Below, one piece after another: positions 10,684-21,985 of a stretch of DNA of 37,389 bases. Within the stretch, counting starts at the first letter, position 1. Each line of letters opens with the position of its first letter. A program made the translations under genes and the position numbers. The notes beneath the pieces are model-generated. The model did not search any database. It was not told the origin of the DNA and saw only the letters and a program-made list of their open reading frames with translations. Source of the DNA: Octopus bimaculoides (Eukaryota); contig NC_068985.1 of the NCBI RefSeq assembly GCF_001194135.2, positions 95,957,073 to 95,994,461 on the forward strand, written 5' to 3'.

Positions 10684-10731
10684 CTTTCACTACTATTATC
10701 GCCATTACAACCACCACCACCACCACCACCA
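10633..10731. repeat. (CAC)n/(CAA)n trinucleotide compound repeat
   Basis: Seen directly. Confidence 0.9.
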
Positions 10732-11382
10732 TTTTGTAGTGTCAGTAATGTCAAAAAAGAGACACATATGATGAAATATTCTATCGTTCATACGTAATAA
10801 AAAAGTAATTAATTTTGTTAATCAAAAATATGTCAGAGATAATTTGTTTTAAGCTTAATATCAGAATATATTTAGAAAGATACTNNNNNNNNNNNNNNNN
10901 NNNNNNNNNNNNNNNNNNNNNNNNNNNNNNNNNNNNNNNNNNNNNNNNNNNNNNNNNNNNNNNNNNNNNNNNNNNNNNNNNNNNNNNNNNNNNNNNNNNN
11001 NNNNNNNNNNNNNNNNNNNNNNNNNNNNNNNNNNNNNNNNNNNNNNNNNNNNNNNNNNNNNNNNNNNNNNNNNNNNNNNNNNNNNNNNNNNNNNNNNNNN
11101 NNNNNNNNNNNNNNNNNNNNNNNNNNNNNNNNNNNNNNNNNNNNNNNNNNNNNNNNNNNNNNNNNNNNNNNNNNNNNNNNNNNNNNNNNNNNNNNNNNNN
11201 NNTGAAAAACAAAAGACGAAGATGGATGTATGAACAACAAGCAAGTGTATTAGTTTGACACTTGGGAAAAAGGAAAAAGTCTTTTGTTTCGAGCCTACGC
11301 TCTTCAAAAGAAAGGAATAAGAGAAAATAAACAGAACAATTTGCTTCAGTTTCGATCTCACTTGCCCCAACAGGTCTTTGCA

Positions 11383-11461
11383 AGCTGAGTTCAGTGTCCA
11401 ATGAAGGAAGGTTGACATTGGTGCCAGCTGAGTTTAGTGTCCAATGAAGGAAGATTGACAT
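11383..11461. repeat. 36-bp direct duplication with 7-bp spacer
   Basis: AGCTGAGTT(C/T)AGTGTCCAATGAAGGAAG(G/A)TTGACAT at 11383-11418 and 11426-11461 (34/36 identical). Confidence 0.9.
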
Positions 11462-12072
11462 AAATCTAATATATATATTTAATTCACTATTCCGTTATTG
11501 TATGTATTGGCAAAGGCCACGGCATTATCTTTAAATGTGTGTGGTTTCATGCTCACATTAGAATTCAGAATTGTTCATTTGAAATACATGTTGGCTGATG
11601 CCAAGCTTTGTCAGCCTGAATCGGCGGCATTTGTCTTTGATGAACATCAATTATGTGGAGGAAGGAAACTTGGATACATGAGCAATTTTTAGATTTTCTC
11701 AAAAAAATATTTTCCAAACCAGTACATAGCCGTATGTTCATCTGTCGGAACGATGAAGACCATCCAGTCATCCTGGGTAAATGATGACTAATTACTTGCG
11801 CGGTGAAGATTTGCACACCATCAACCTCACTCTCTCGTCTGTGACCAATTTCAATTGAGTGGCAAGACCAGGTCAAGATGATAGGTGATGGAGATGGATT
11901 CGGTGGTTGACCAAGATGTCCTGCTTGCCTCGTCTTGCTCTATGTACTCCACAAGGTGTTGCTGCTTCCTCTAAGTTGAATCATAAAGGTTTCTTCCTCA
12001 GTGTTCGCAGGTTCCATTCTTCACATACATATTATGTAGGCAAGCTCTAATTTACCAAGAGTTACATATACA

Positions 12073-12456
12073 TGCGCGAGTATGGTTGTGTGGTAATATG
12101 TTTGCTTCCCAACTACATGGTTCCGGGTTCAGTTTCACTGTGTGATATCTTGGGCAGGTGACATCTACTATAGCCTCGGACCGATCGAAGCCTTGTAAAT
12201 GGATTTGTAAATGGAAACTGAAAGAAGCCCGTCATGTGTGTGTGTGTGTGTGTGTGTGTTTGCCTCACCACTGCTTGACAACTGGTAGTTGGTTTGTTTA
12301 CATTTACTTTAACTCAGCAGTTCAGCAAAAGGGACCAATAGAATAAGTACCAAGTAAAAATATATATATATAAGTACTGGGCTTAATTTGTTCAACCAAA
12401 AATTCTTCAAAGCGGTGCCTCAGCATGGCCGCAGTCTAATGACTGAAACAAGTAAA
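12073..12456 (+). mobile_element. SINE family A, full length
   Basis: Head GGTTGTGTGGTAA...GGTTCCGGGTTCAG, core, (TG)n, tail GACTGAAACAAGTAAA. Confidence 0.88.
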
Positions 12457-13082
12457 TGTTTATGGAACACGGCTACTCTCACCTTGATGTAAAAGTGCAG
12501 AGTCAATTTTAACTGATTTGAGGTAGGCCCCGAAACGGCACACATTCTCTCCTGACGACCCCATACATTTGCTGGCTTCCGGTATACGGAGCTTTCGACT
12601 GGTAGCACTTGCACCAGTTTTGCAAACGTGCAAGTCGTTTGCAAAACATCCAACCATTATATTCTTATATGTATGTGACTCCGAGTTAATATTACAATTC
12701 AACATCGTTTATATGAAGTATATCATCGGTTATTAATTTATTAATGAACGAAATCTTAGCAATTAATGTCGGTTCCTTTGAGATGATTTGGGTCAATGTC
12801 AGAAATGAAGACGTCAATAGGAACAATTAATCAAACTGTATGTGTAAAAGTTGTAAACGAATCCTAATGACTTGGCTATAATGAGAGGAAAATCTTGGTA
12901 ATGAACAGATAAATAGAATGATGATTAATTCAAACAGAGAGAGACAGAAAAATATTTGCCTGGATAATTGTCAACAGAACGTGTGTTTGTTTACCACTTG
13001 AAAAGTTTTTATCGTCTCAGTATCACCCTTGTGACTATAATTAAAACAAATGATTAATTCAATTATTATTCTGATTATTATT

Positions 13083-13237
13083 AAGGTGGAGAGCTGGTAG
13101 AATTGTTAGCACATCAGGATAAAAAGGTTAGTGGTATTTCGTCTGCCATTATGTTCTGAGTTCAAATTGACTTTGCCTTTCATCCTTTTGGGGTCGATAA
13201 AATTAGTACCAGAGGCCTTGTGCTTCCAGTAGAAAGG
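13083..13237 (+). mobile_element. SINE family B, internally deleted
   Basis: GGTGGAGAGCTGGTAGAATTG...GAGTTCAAATT...CCTTTCATCCTTTTGGGGTCGATAAA...GGCCTTGTGCTTCCAGTAGAAAGG, then (ATT)n. Confidence 0.8.
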
Positions 13238-13382
13238 ATTATTATTATTATTTATGCTTTCTTTCTATTATAACTTTATTTCAGCTGCCTTAATACTGGG
13301 CATCCTTCGGAGGCCAAGAGTAGCAAGGATACTTTTGTTTTGCTATGCGTGCTAAAATTATCACCACATCTATTCCATTTTA

Positions 13383-13397
13383 GATTATTATTATTAC

Positions 13398-13461
<64 letters not shown>
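13383..13461. repeat. (ATT)n microsatellite
   Basis: Seen directly. Confidence 0.95.
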
Positions 13462-13462
<1 letters not shown>

Positions 13463-13857
13463 GACGTTTGATAGTTTCAGGCAAATTTCTACTGCAGCAC
13501 CTGCTACAGCTCCGTATAGCTGGGGCGTGTGCAGCATTGTATGCTCATTTTTGTTGTTGTTGTTGGGGAGAACAGACTCTTCCTTATATTGTATTGCATC
13601 AGTCTATTTTGTTATGGGGGTTGACTTGACTCTTTTGTTGCATTAGTGTTTGTACTATGCCTTGTGCAAGTAATGTGAGTTGTGTTCTTCTGTTGGGTGT
13701 CAAACCTGGAAAATACATATCGTGGGGTTTGTTTATTTTATTGGATATTTACTGTAGAGAGTGTGTCCTGTATTTGGGAAAAATAAATATTAAGTAAATT
13801 GCCTTTACATATTTATCACTTAGAAAACTTTGCTTAGAAAATATTTTTCATTTTTAA

Positions 13858-14037
13858 CCTCGTATATAGTACGCACTAGGGATTTTGACCATTAAATTTT
13901 GGGGAAAAAGTGCGGATTATACTCGAGGATTTATATATAAATTTTTTGGGAAAAGTGCAGATTATACTCGAGGATTTACGGTATATATATATAAATTTTG
14001 GGAAAAAAGTGTGGATTATACTCGAGGATTTACGGTA
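13858..14037 (-). mobile_element. Tc2/pogo-like DNA transposon end with triplicated terminal ~45-54 bp
   Basis: Minus strand reads TA-CCGTAAATCCTCGAGTATAATCC(A/G)CAC... three times (units 13894-13938, 13939-13992, 13993-14037; innermost lacks CCGT). Subterminal inverted copy CCTCGTATATAGTACGCAC (13858-13876) matches 15/19. CCGTA ends next to TA are typical of the Tc2 group. Confidence 0.65.
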
Positions 14038-14577
14038 TATATAGATATATATATAAAGCATGATTTATCTGTGATCAGAATTGTTCGAAAACCGAGGTAC
14101 TACTGAATATATATTCGTTTGCAGTCATGCTCGTAGAAGAAGACTGAATCGACAAATGGAGAGAAAGAGCAAGTGAGTGGCAGTTGGAGACGTTAAATGC
14201 AGAGTAAAGAAAGTGAAAGAATTATGATAACAGTGAGCTGTAGTGCGAGATTTGACAATAGTTGGAATAGCAGACATTTTTTAAAAAACTAAAATGGATC
14301 TCTTACTCTTTACTCTTTTACTTGTTTCNNNNNNNNNNNNNNNNNNNNNNNNNNNNNNNNNNNNNNNNNNNNNNNNNNNNNNNNNNNNNNNNNNNNNNNN
14401 NNNNNNNNNNNNNNNNNNNNNNNNNNNNNNNNNNNNNNNNNNNNNNNNNNNNNNNNNNNNNNNNNNNNNNNNNNNNNNNNNNNNNNNNNNNNNNNNNNNN
14501 NNNNNNNNNNNNNNNNNNNNNNNNNNNNNNNNNNNNNNNNNNNNNNNNNNNNNNNNNNNNNNNNNNNNNNNNNNNNA

Positions 14578-14744
14578 GACACACAAACATATACACACAC
14601 ATACATATATATACATATATATGACGGGCTTCTTTCAGTTTCCGTCTACCAAATCCACTCAGAAGGCTTTGGTCGGCCTGAGGCTAAAGTAGAAGACACT
14701 TGCCCAAGGTGCCACGCAGTGGGACTGAACCCGGAACCATGTGG
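14578..14744 (-). mobile_element. SINE family A, 5' half
   Basis: GACGGGCTTCTTTCAGTTTCCGTCTACC...GTGCCACGCAGTGGGACTGAACCCGGAACCATGTGG; low divergence. Confidence 0.9.
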
Positions 14745-15652
14745 ATCTGCAAATTTATGTTGCAAACTTTTGAAGAAATATATTTTCACTTAAATTTTGT
14801 AGCTTATATGCAAATGGGAAAAATTGAATAAAAACTTAAAAATGAATCCTGGCCCGTTTTGATTTTAACTGATGGAATTTCACACTCACATATATGAGCT
14901 AAAACGTATACAAATATATAAGTAATATAACTTTTGTTTATCTGATCGAATCATTTAAAGTATATGACGAGACAGTTTCTAAGTAGAAAGGTGTTAAACG
15001 ACCAGAGTTAGAGAAAGAATTAAAATAAAGTAACAGGAAAAATGGTGGAAAAATAGAAGGCGTCACGTGATTAAATGAAAAAGCAGACGACAATCAATCT
15101 CTTAAGCGTGTGTGTTTGAACGTGTGCGTGCATGGGTGTTTGAATGTGTGTGTGTGTGTGAGTGTGTGTGAGAGAGTGTGTGAGCGTGTAAATTATGAGC
15201 GAGTTCAGAGTGTATAGACATGTATGTGCATTTGTATGTATATTATATATATACATGTATATGTGCGTGCGTGTATGTATACGTGTGTATATATATATAT
15301 ATATATATATAGATAATTTATATAAAGGGCATTAACTGTGTAGTAATGCCTCACGCTTCGAGGGACTAAATAAGTCAAAAACTACAAAAAAATAAGCAAC
15401 ATATTTACCGAAAGCGAGGGAATGCAGCTTTCAAAATTAATCTCTTAAAAACATTTAACTTAACGGTAAACCACTGGTTTCTCAATCAATACAGAAAAAC
15501 TGTGAAGTAAGCTGCATCTTTTGTTCATCAGTACACGTATGGTCAAGATATATAAAATTAAACAAGAATCAACATACCACGATGTACCCAACACAGTACG
15601 ATGACTTCTGTTCATAATTATATATCCGTGAAAGAGATTTGAATTATTCTGT

Positions 15653-15654
<2 letters not shown>

Positions 15655-15735
<81 letters not shown>

Positions 15736-15741
15736 GATAGA
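15655..15741. repeat. (GATA)n microsatellite
   Basis: Seen directly. Confidence 0.95.
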
Positions 15742-17322
15742 TATGTATGTACATGTGTGCGAACGTGTTGTGTGTGTGTATATATGTATATTTGAATGTA
15801 TTGATGTATATACAGGTATATGTATGTATGTACACTTGTGTGAGTTGCCTTTATCTAATCTTTCTTTCACTTTTCCTTTAACGTCCGTATGTATGTATGT
15901 ATGTATGTATGTACGTACGTATGAGCGTGTATACACATACATACAAACATGCATACATACATATGTGAGTATGTTTCTTGTATTGTTTCTATGTGTGTAA
16001 TATATATATATATATAGACACACACACAAACACACACACACACATACACACACACATATATATATATATACACAGAGAGAGAGAGGTGGGTAGAGAGAAA
16101 TGTAAATCCGTATATATTTGATGAATTATATATTCGCGTGTTTGTTCGTGATGAAATATGGAATTGTATTTCTGTTGACATTAAACTTATGTCTGTATAT
16201 TTTAATATATGACCGTGTTCGTATGTGCAGATTGATGTTTATGTAAACCTGGACATCACATTATATAATACTTGTGTGTATGCATATACATATATAAATG
16301 TATGTGAGTATATAGCATGCATATATGACTTAATATATTTGTGTTAGTGTATTGAAATATGTGTTAATGTGTATGTATGTTTTTACTACGTTTTATCTTC
16401 TCCCAAGACTACACTCTCTTTAACGAGCAAATTACTTTAGTATACAAAATTTTCACACGATACTCCAATATTAATGTTTAATCAAACACTCCCAAAAGAA
16501 TTGTAATACTATGTAAGAAACGAGCTCACAGATTTGTAGTCAGTTTAATAGTGCAATGCATGCAATTCCAGGCCCCTGGTTCGGTTTTGTAACTTTCTGC
16601 CGATTAAAAATGAAAACACGTACATATATAAGATATATAATATTTATTACACATAAATATATAATATTTTTATGTTTCTCAAGGATTTCTCAAGAGTAAA
16701 AGGGATGGGATCTGCTACTCCTTTACAAGAAAGACGAGGAATGGTTTTATTAGCTATGCTTGTGATGGTGGAGAGCGTGTGTATGTATTGGGAAAAAATA
16801 ACGATCCTTTAATTTTATGTATTCATAGGTAAGCTTGAAATCCCATTAAGCAAGATTAATTAAAAAGTTATTAGGCATTAATTAACCAGAGAATTATGAT
16901 GCTTTATTTAGTCTATTGGAATATTGGGAGCAACTAATATTAAATTACTGTTTTGCTCCGTCAACTTAAACCGCTTCTTTTTCACATGGGTTTTAGAAAG
17001 CATTGTATATGAATGGTTTCAAATTGAATGAGGGAGTAATTTTGTTCACCGGGCGATCTTCTATCAGTTCTTGCGTAACACGGAGGTTCGAGATTCTTGA
17101 AATAACACCCAAAGGGAAGACATATTGAATTATTTTAATCCTGGCTAAATGATCACGGAGAGATTTCCTTTCGTTATAGGCCTGCTCAGGGAGGACAAAC
17201 ATGGAGAGGTTAACAATAAAATCATCAGCAGCAACAGCAACGACGACAAATTAAGGTTAAACCTATTCTTTGAGGATAAAGAATGCAGTTGCTTTACACG
17301 TACGGACGCGCGCGCGCGCACT

Positions 17323-17360
<38 letters not shown>

Positions 17361-18080
17361 NNNNNNNNNNNNNNNNNNNNNNNNNNNNNNNNNNNNNNNN
17401 NNNNNNNNNNNNNNNNNNNNNNNNNNNNNNNNNNNNNNNNNNNNNNNNNNNNNNNNNNNNNNNNNNNNNNNNNNNNNNNNNNNNNNNNNNNNNNNNNNNN
17501 NNNNNNNNNNNNNNNNNNNNNNNNNNNNNNNNNNNNNNNNNNNNNNNNNNNNNNNNNNNNNNNNNNNNNNNNNNNNNNNNNNNNNNNNNNNNNNNNNNNN
17601 NNNNNNNNNNNNNCCGTCCTGTTCTTGTTACCACTTTCACCCTCCGCAAAAAATTCCAAATTTTATTTAATTTGCTTTGCGGGAAGGACTGTTCCAACAA
17701 AGTCGCGTATTGTCCTTGCCTTCGAAATGCGGAGTAGATGGAACAGGGACAACTGATGAAGGAGTATATTCTTTATGTTGCACGTCTCGTTTCTCAGGAA
17801 TAAATATGCAAGTGCATACATAAACGAAACAATAATGAAACATATAAACTTGTGTTCTTCTGTGACACGCACGCCCACAATGGCACGTTTATCCATAACC
17901 ACCCGCAAACACACAAAAAGCACATACACACACACACACACATATGCATACATTAACCAATTCAGATAACCGCAAACCCAAAGAGTTGTCTTGATTTAAA
18001 CAAAAGAGGCGTGCTCCTATGTCAGTGACCAGCTTGAATACCACAAATGAAAAAAGAAATATATGTATGTTTATGTACAT

Positions 18081-18382
18081 AGGCGCAGGAGTGGCTGCAT
18101 GGTAAGAAGTTTGCTTCCCAACCACATGGTTCCGGGTTTAGTTCCAATGCGTGTCACTTTGGTCAAGTGTCTTCTACTATGGCCTTGGGCCGACCAAAGC
18201 CTTGTGAGTGGATTTGGTAGACGGAAACTCAAAGAAGCTCGTCGTATGTATATGTGTGTGTATGTGTTTGTCCCCGTAACTTAGCAGTTCAGCCAAAGTG
18301 ACCGACCGAATAAATACTAAACTTACAAAGAATAAGTCCTGGAGTCGATTTGTTCGACTAAAGGTGGTGCTTTAGCATGGCC
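18081..18382 (+). mobile_element. SINE family A, near full length with internal deletion
   Basis: GGCGCAGGAGTGGCTGCATGGTAAG...GGTTCCGGGTTTAGTTCC...GCATGGCCG, followed by a short GGCATCCAGCTGTAGAAACC LINE-tail fragment. Confidence 0.88.
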
Positions 18383-19345
18383 GGGCATCCAGCTGTAGAA
18401 ACCCTATTTCAATCATATTGATGTCTTTTAAAATCGCTTGCCCTGGCTTTTAGTACCTGGGTTCGTTCACGAGCCATCAGCCACATGCCATTAGCCATTA
18501 GCCATAACAAGTCTTTGATGAAAGATACAAATACAAGATGGTGAAAGAAAACACACACACATACACACACACGCACTTTGCATTACTTAACTGGGTCTCG
18601 TGTTACTGACATGTAGAATCAGCATATTAATTCTGTGGGGAATACTTAAGTTATATAACAAATGGAATGATTCGTCGAATGTTTTTAGAAACACACACAC
18701 ATACACACACACGCACNNNNNNNNNNNNNNNNNNNNNNNNNNNNNNNNNNNNNNNNNNNNNNNNNNNNNNNNNNNNNNNNNNNNNNNNNNNNNNNNNNNN
18801 NNNNNNNNNNNNNNNNNNNNNNNNNNNNNNNNNNNNNNNNNNNNNNNNNNNNNNNNNNNNNNNNNNNNNNNNNNNNNNNNNNNNNNNNNNNNNNNNNNNN
18901 NNNNNNNNNNNNNNNNNNNNNNNNNNNNNNNNNNNNNNNNNNNNNNNNNNNNNNNNNNNNNNNNNNNNNNNNNNNNNNNNNNNNNNNNNNNNNNNNNNNN
19001 NNNNNNNNNNNNNNNNNNNNNNNNNNNNNNNNNNNNNNNNNNNNNNNNNNNNNNNNNNNNNNNNNNNNNNNNNNNNNNNNNNNNNNNNNNNNNNNNNNNN
19101 NNNNNNNNNNNNNNNNNNNNNNNNNNNNNNNNNNNNNNNNNNNNNNNNNNNNNNNNNNNNNNNNNNNNNNNNNNNNNNNNNNNNNNNNNNNNNNNNNNNN
19201 NNNNNNNNNNNNNNNNNNNNNNNNNNNNNNNNNNNNNNNNNNNNNNNNNNNNNNNNNNNNNNNNNNNNNNNNNNNNNNNNNNNNNNNNNNNNNNNNNNNN
19301 NNNNNNNNNNNNNNNNNNNNNNNNNNNNNNNNNNTTTACAGAAAA

Positions 19346-19591
19346 CTAGCAGAGATACCCGGCGTTGCTCGGGATTAAAACGGCATATTCTTTTATTGTT
19401 TTATTTTCATTCTTCGTGTTTTGAGATGTAATACGGAAACAGTGCCAATGTTGCATTGCTTTAATCCAAAAAAATTACATGTTGACACTCCTGGGGTCTC
19501 AGTATTACCATGTAAAATTTGATTCGATTTGGTTGAGCCGTTTGAGAATGCATTGGGAACAGACAGAGATACAAAAAGTTTTATATATAGA
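19346..19591 (-). mobile_element. Complete non-autonomous Helitron (246 bp)
   Basis: Minus strand: A|TCTATATATAAAAC...CCCGAGCAACGCCGGG hairpin (19358-19373), 8 nt, CTAG|T. Shows 5'-TC, 3' hairpin plus CTAG, insertion in an AT dinucleotide and no TSD. Confidence 0.88.
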
Positions 19592-19751
19592 TGATTGAAT
19601 GAAGCATATCGCGACAGGAGAGAAAAGTGGAGATGGGATGGAGGCAAGAATAACAAGGTAGTGCATGTGAGTTATTCCCCTTGTTTTATACTTTCAGTGT
19701 TCTCTATTGAAGTTATGAAGTAACTTTATGTATTCGTAACACGAAATGAAA

Positions 19752-19796
19752 GTCATCTGAAGATGTGCGAATAAGCGTTGAAACTCTTGACAATGG
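19752..19796 (+). other. Degenerate hammerhead-like / Penelope terminal motif
   Basis: TCAT-CTGAAGA (19757-19763), weak stem, GAAAC (19780-19784), then ATGG able to pair with TCAT; the cleavage triplet is non-canonical. Confidence 0.3.
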
Positions 19797-20059
19797 TTGA
19801 TGGCTACAGTATAAGAATAACTATACTCAATTACTTCTATTGGTCATTATCACTAATGTGAATGAGTGTACACACACACACTAACAAAACAAACAAACAT
19901 ACATGTGTATATCAGGATATGTTTGTACTATGTTCGTATTTATGTTGATATTGTTCTAAATAAAAATTAGCTTTGATTATGTTGTATTGTTTTATATCCT
20001 GAGAATCAGTATTTCGACAAAAACAGATCTATAAATTCAGCATACAGGCTGATGTGATC

Positions 20060-20125
20060 AACTAAAACCCTTCAAAGTGATGCACCAGCATGGCCACAGT
20101 CCAATGACGAACCAGTCAAAGAGAA
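20060..20125 (+). mobile_element. SINE family A tail fragment
   Basis: CCCTTCAAAGTGATGCACCAGCATGGCCACAGTCCAATGAC. Confidence 0.6.
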
Positions 20126-20199
20126 AAACTTAGGGAAAATAAAAGGTACGTTTATAGTTACATAACAACAGTTGGTTGTATATAAACTTTATTTCCTTG

Positions 20200-20453
20200 G
20201 TAAATGACAACGAACTTGCCACAATAATCTGGGATATGTCTTTCTAAAATGACGATGAGATCGAGACAAATCGTCTAGATATGATTTTAAAAAAAGGATA
20301 GGAAAACAAAAGCATCCATAGTGATAGACATTGCAATCTCTTCTGATGAAAATATTGCCTGAAGAGAAGTGGAAAAAAAAATTATCAAAATAGAACAACC
20401 TTGAAACTGAAATTTTCTGGATATGAGGTATGAGACTGAATATATGTGTTGTG
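20200..20453 (+). pseudogene. Restriction-like endonuclease (RLE) domain relic of an R4/Dong-like non-LTR retrotransposon
   Basis: Across frameshifts: NELATIIWDMSF*NDDEIETNRLDMIL / DRKTKASIVIDIAISSDENIA*REVEK / LSK*NNLETEIFWI*GMR. Matches the RLE pattern ILWD...TD..I..NRPD........IDIA.P.D.N...KE.EK..KY..L..EI...W. Confidence 0.8.
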
Positions 20454-20491
20454 CATATATGAAATAACAGCAACAATAACAATAATAATAA

Positions 20492-20708
20492 TGGTTTCAA
20501 ATTTTGGCACAAGGCCTGAAATTTTTGGTGGGGAAAAGGAGACTAGTCGATTACATCAACTCTAGTGTTTCACTGGTACTTATTTTATCAACCCTGAAAG
20601 GATGAAAGGCAAAGTCGACTTTGGCAATATTTCAACTAAGAATGTAAAGTCAGTAAAAATGCCGCAAAGCATTTTGTCCGGCTTGGTAACAATTCCTGTC
20701 AGCTCAAC
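20492..20708 (-). mobile_element. SINE family B
   Basis: Tail TGTGCCAAAATTTGAAACC, central CCTTTCATCCTTTCAGGGTTGATAAAA, decayed head. Confidence 0.8.
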
Positions 20709-20727
20709 GGTCTTGTTGGTAAAATAA

Positions 20728-20966
20728 TCTTTTCTACTCAGGCACAAGGCCCGAAATTTTTTGGGGAGGGGGGGGGCAGTCGATTACATCNNNNNNNNNN
20801 GTCGATTACATCAATCGCAGTATGCAACTGGTACTTAATTTATCAACCATGTAAGGATAAAAGGTAAAGTCGATCTCGGCAGAATTTGAACTCAGAATGT
20901 AAAGACAAATGAAATACCGCTAAGCATTTCGCCCGGCGTGTTAACGTTTCTGCCAGCTCGCCGCCT
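20728..20966 (-). mobile_element. SINE family B (contains a 10-N gap with duplicated flanks)
   Basis: Head GGCGGCGAGCTGGCAGAAACGTTAAC...GAGTTCAAATTCTGCCGAG; GTCGATTACATC appears on both sides of the gap. Confidence 0.85.
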
Positions 20967-21579
20967 TTATTGGTCACATAATGCAATAACAATTATACAG
21001 TGCAGGTTAAATTAGGGTAACATTCAAATACGAAACATTCCATATCATTATTTAGAACACTCGAAGCAAAGCTTGTATAAATGTATTTTGAAAATGTATA
21101 CCAATATGTCAATTAGATCGTTTATATTGCAAATATATCATGGGTAATTTACATTGATATGTTCATGTTTCTGTGTCAATGGAATAACGTGTTGTCAAAT
21201 AAAATGTATGCAAATAGATAAATAAACAGGCATCGGCAAAGAGAAACGTCATATGAGGTTAGGTGCAATTAAGCCTGCAGAAATTATTCTGTCGAGGCTA
21301 GACCTAAGGTTAATGCCGAGATAGTAGAGACAGAATGAAATGAGATAGCAAAGTAACAGCTCATGCATAATCGTTGCTTGTAGGAGACACTGGAATGGGG
21401 AGACATATCTGTATGGTGTCGAGGAATGCACCAAGCGAACGAAAATAGCTTTTTGCATGGTTAATATAGAAATAAAAAAAAGTCTCAGAAGACTATTAGA
21501 TTCTGAATGTCTATGATAATGTTCTCAACAATGAATCTAAATTGTTGACTGCTCAAGATACTATAGATATCTATATATA

Positions 21580-21740
21580 TGCACAGACGTGACTGTATGG
21601 TAAGAAGCTTGCTTCCCAACCACACGGTTCCGGGTTCAGTCCCACTATGTTGCACCTTGGGTAAGTGTCTTCTACTAGATCCTCGGGCTGACCAAAGTCT
21701 TGTGAGTGGATTTGACAGATGAAAACTGAAAGAATCCCGT

Positions 21741-21779
<39 letters not shown>

Positions 21780-21985
21780 TTGTGTGTCTGTGTTTGTCCC
21801 CCACACGATTGCTTGACAACCAACGTTGGCGTGTTTACATCCCCATAGCTTAGCCGTTTGGCAAAAGTGACCAATAGAATAAGTACTAGGCTTACAAAGA
21901 ATAAGTCCCGGGGTTGATTTGTTCGACTAAAAGCGGTGCTCCAGCATGGCCACAGTCAAACGACTGAAACAAGTAAAAGAACACA
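21580..21985 (+). mobile_element. SINE family A, full length
   Basis: GTGACTGTATGGTAAGAAG...GGTTCCGGGTTCAGTCCCAC...(TG)n...GACTGAAACAAGTAAAAGA. Confidence 0.9.

Noticed and set aside
10549-10797. ORFs with poly-P/T/Q/H tracts
   Set aside because: Driven by (CAC)n/(CAA)n repeats; no homology or splice support.
12528-12560. GAAAC...CTGACGA as a permuted hammerhead
   Set aside because: The would-be stem II strands are both C-runs and cannot pair; no NUH site in position.
21208-21228. Octamer ATGCAAAT beside a forkhead-like AAATAAACA
   Set aside because: Short AT-rich motifs expected by chance; the octamer also occurs at 14808 and in low-complexity DNA near 34100.
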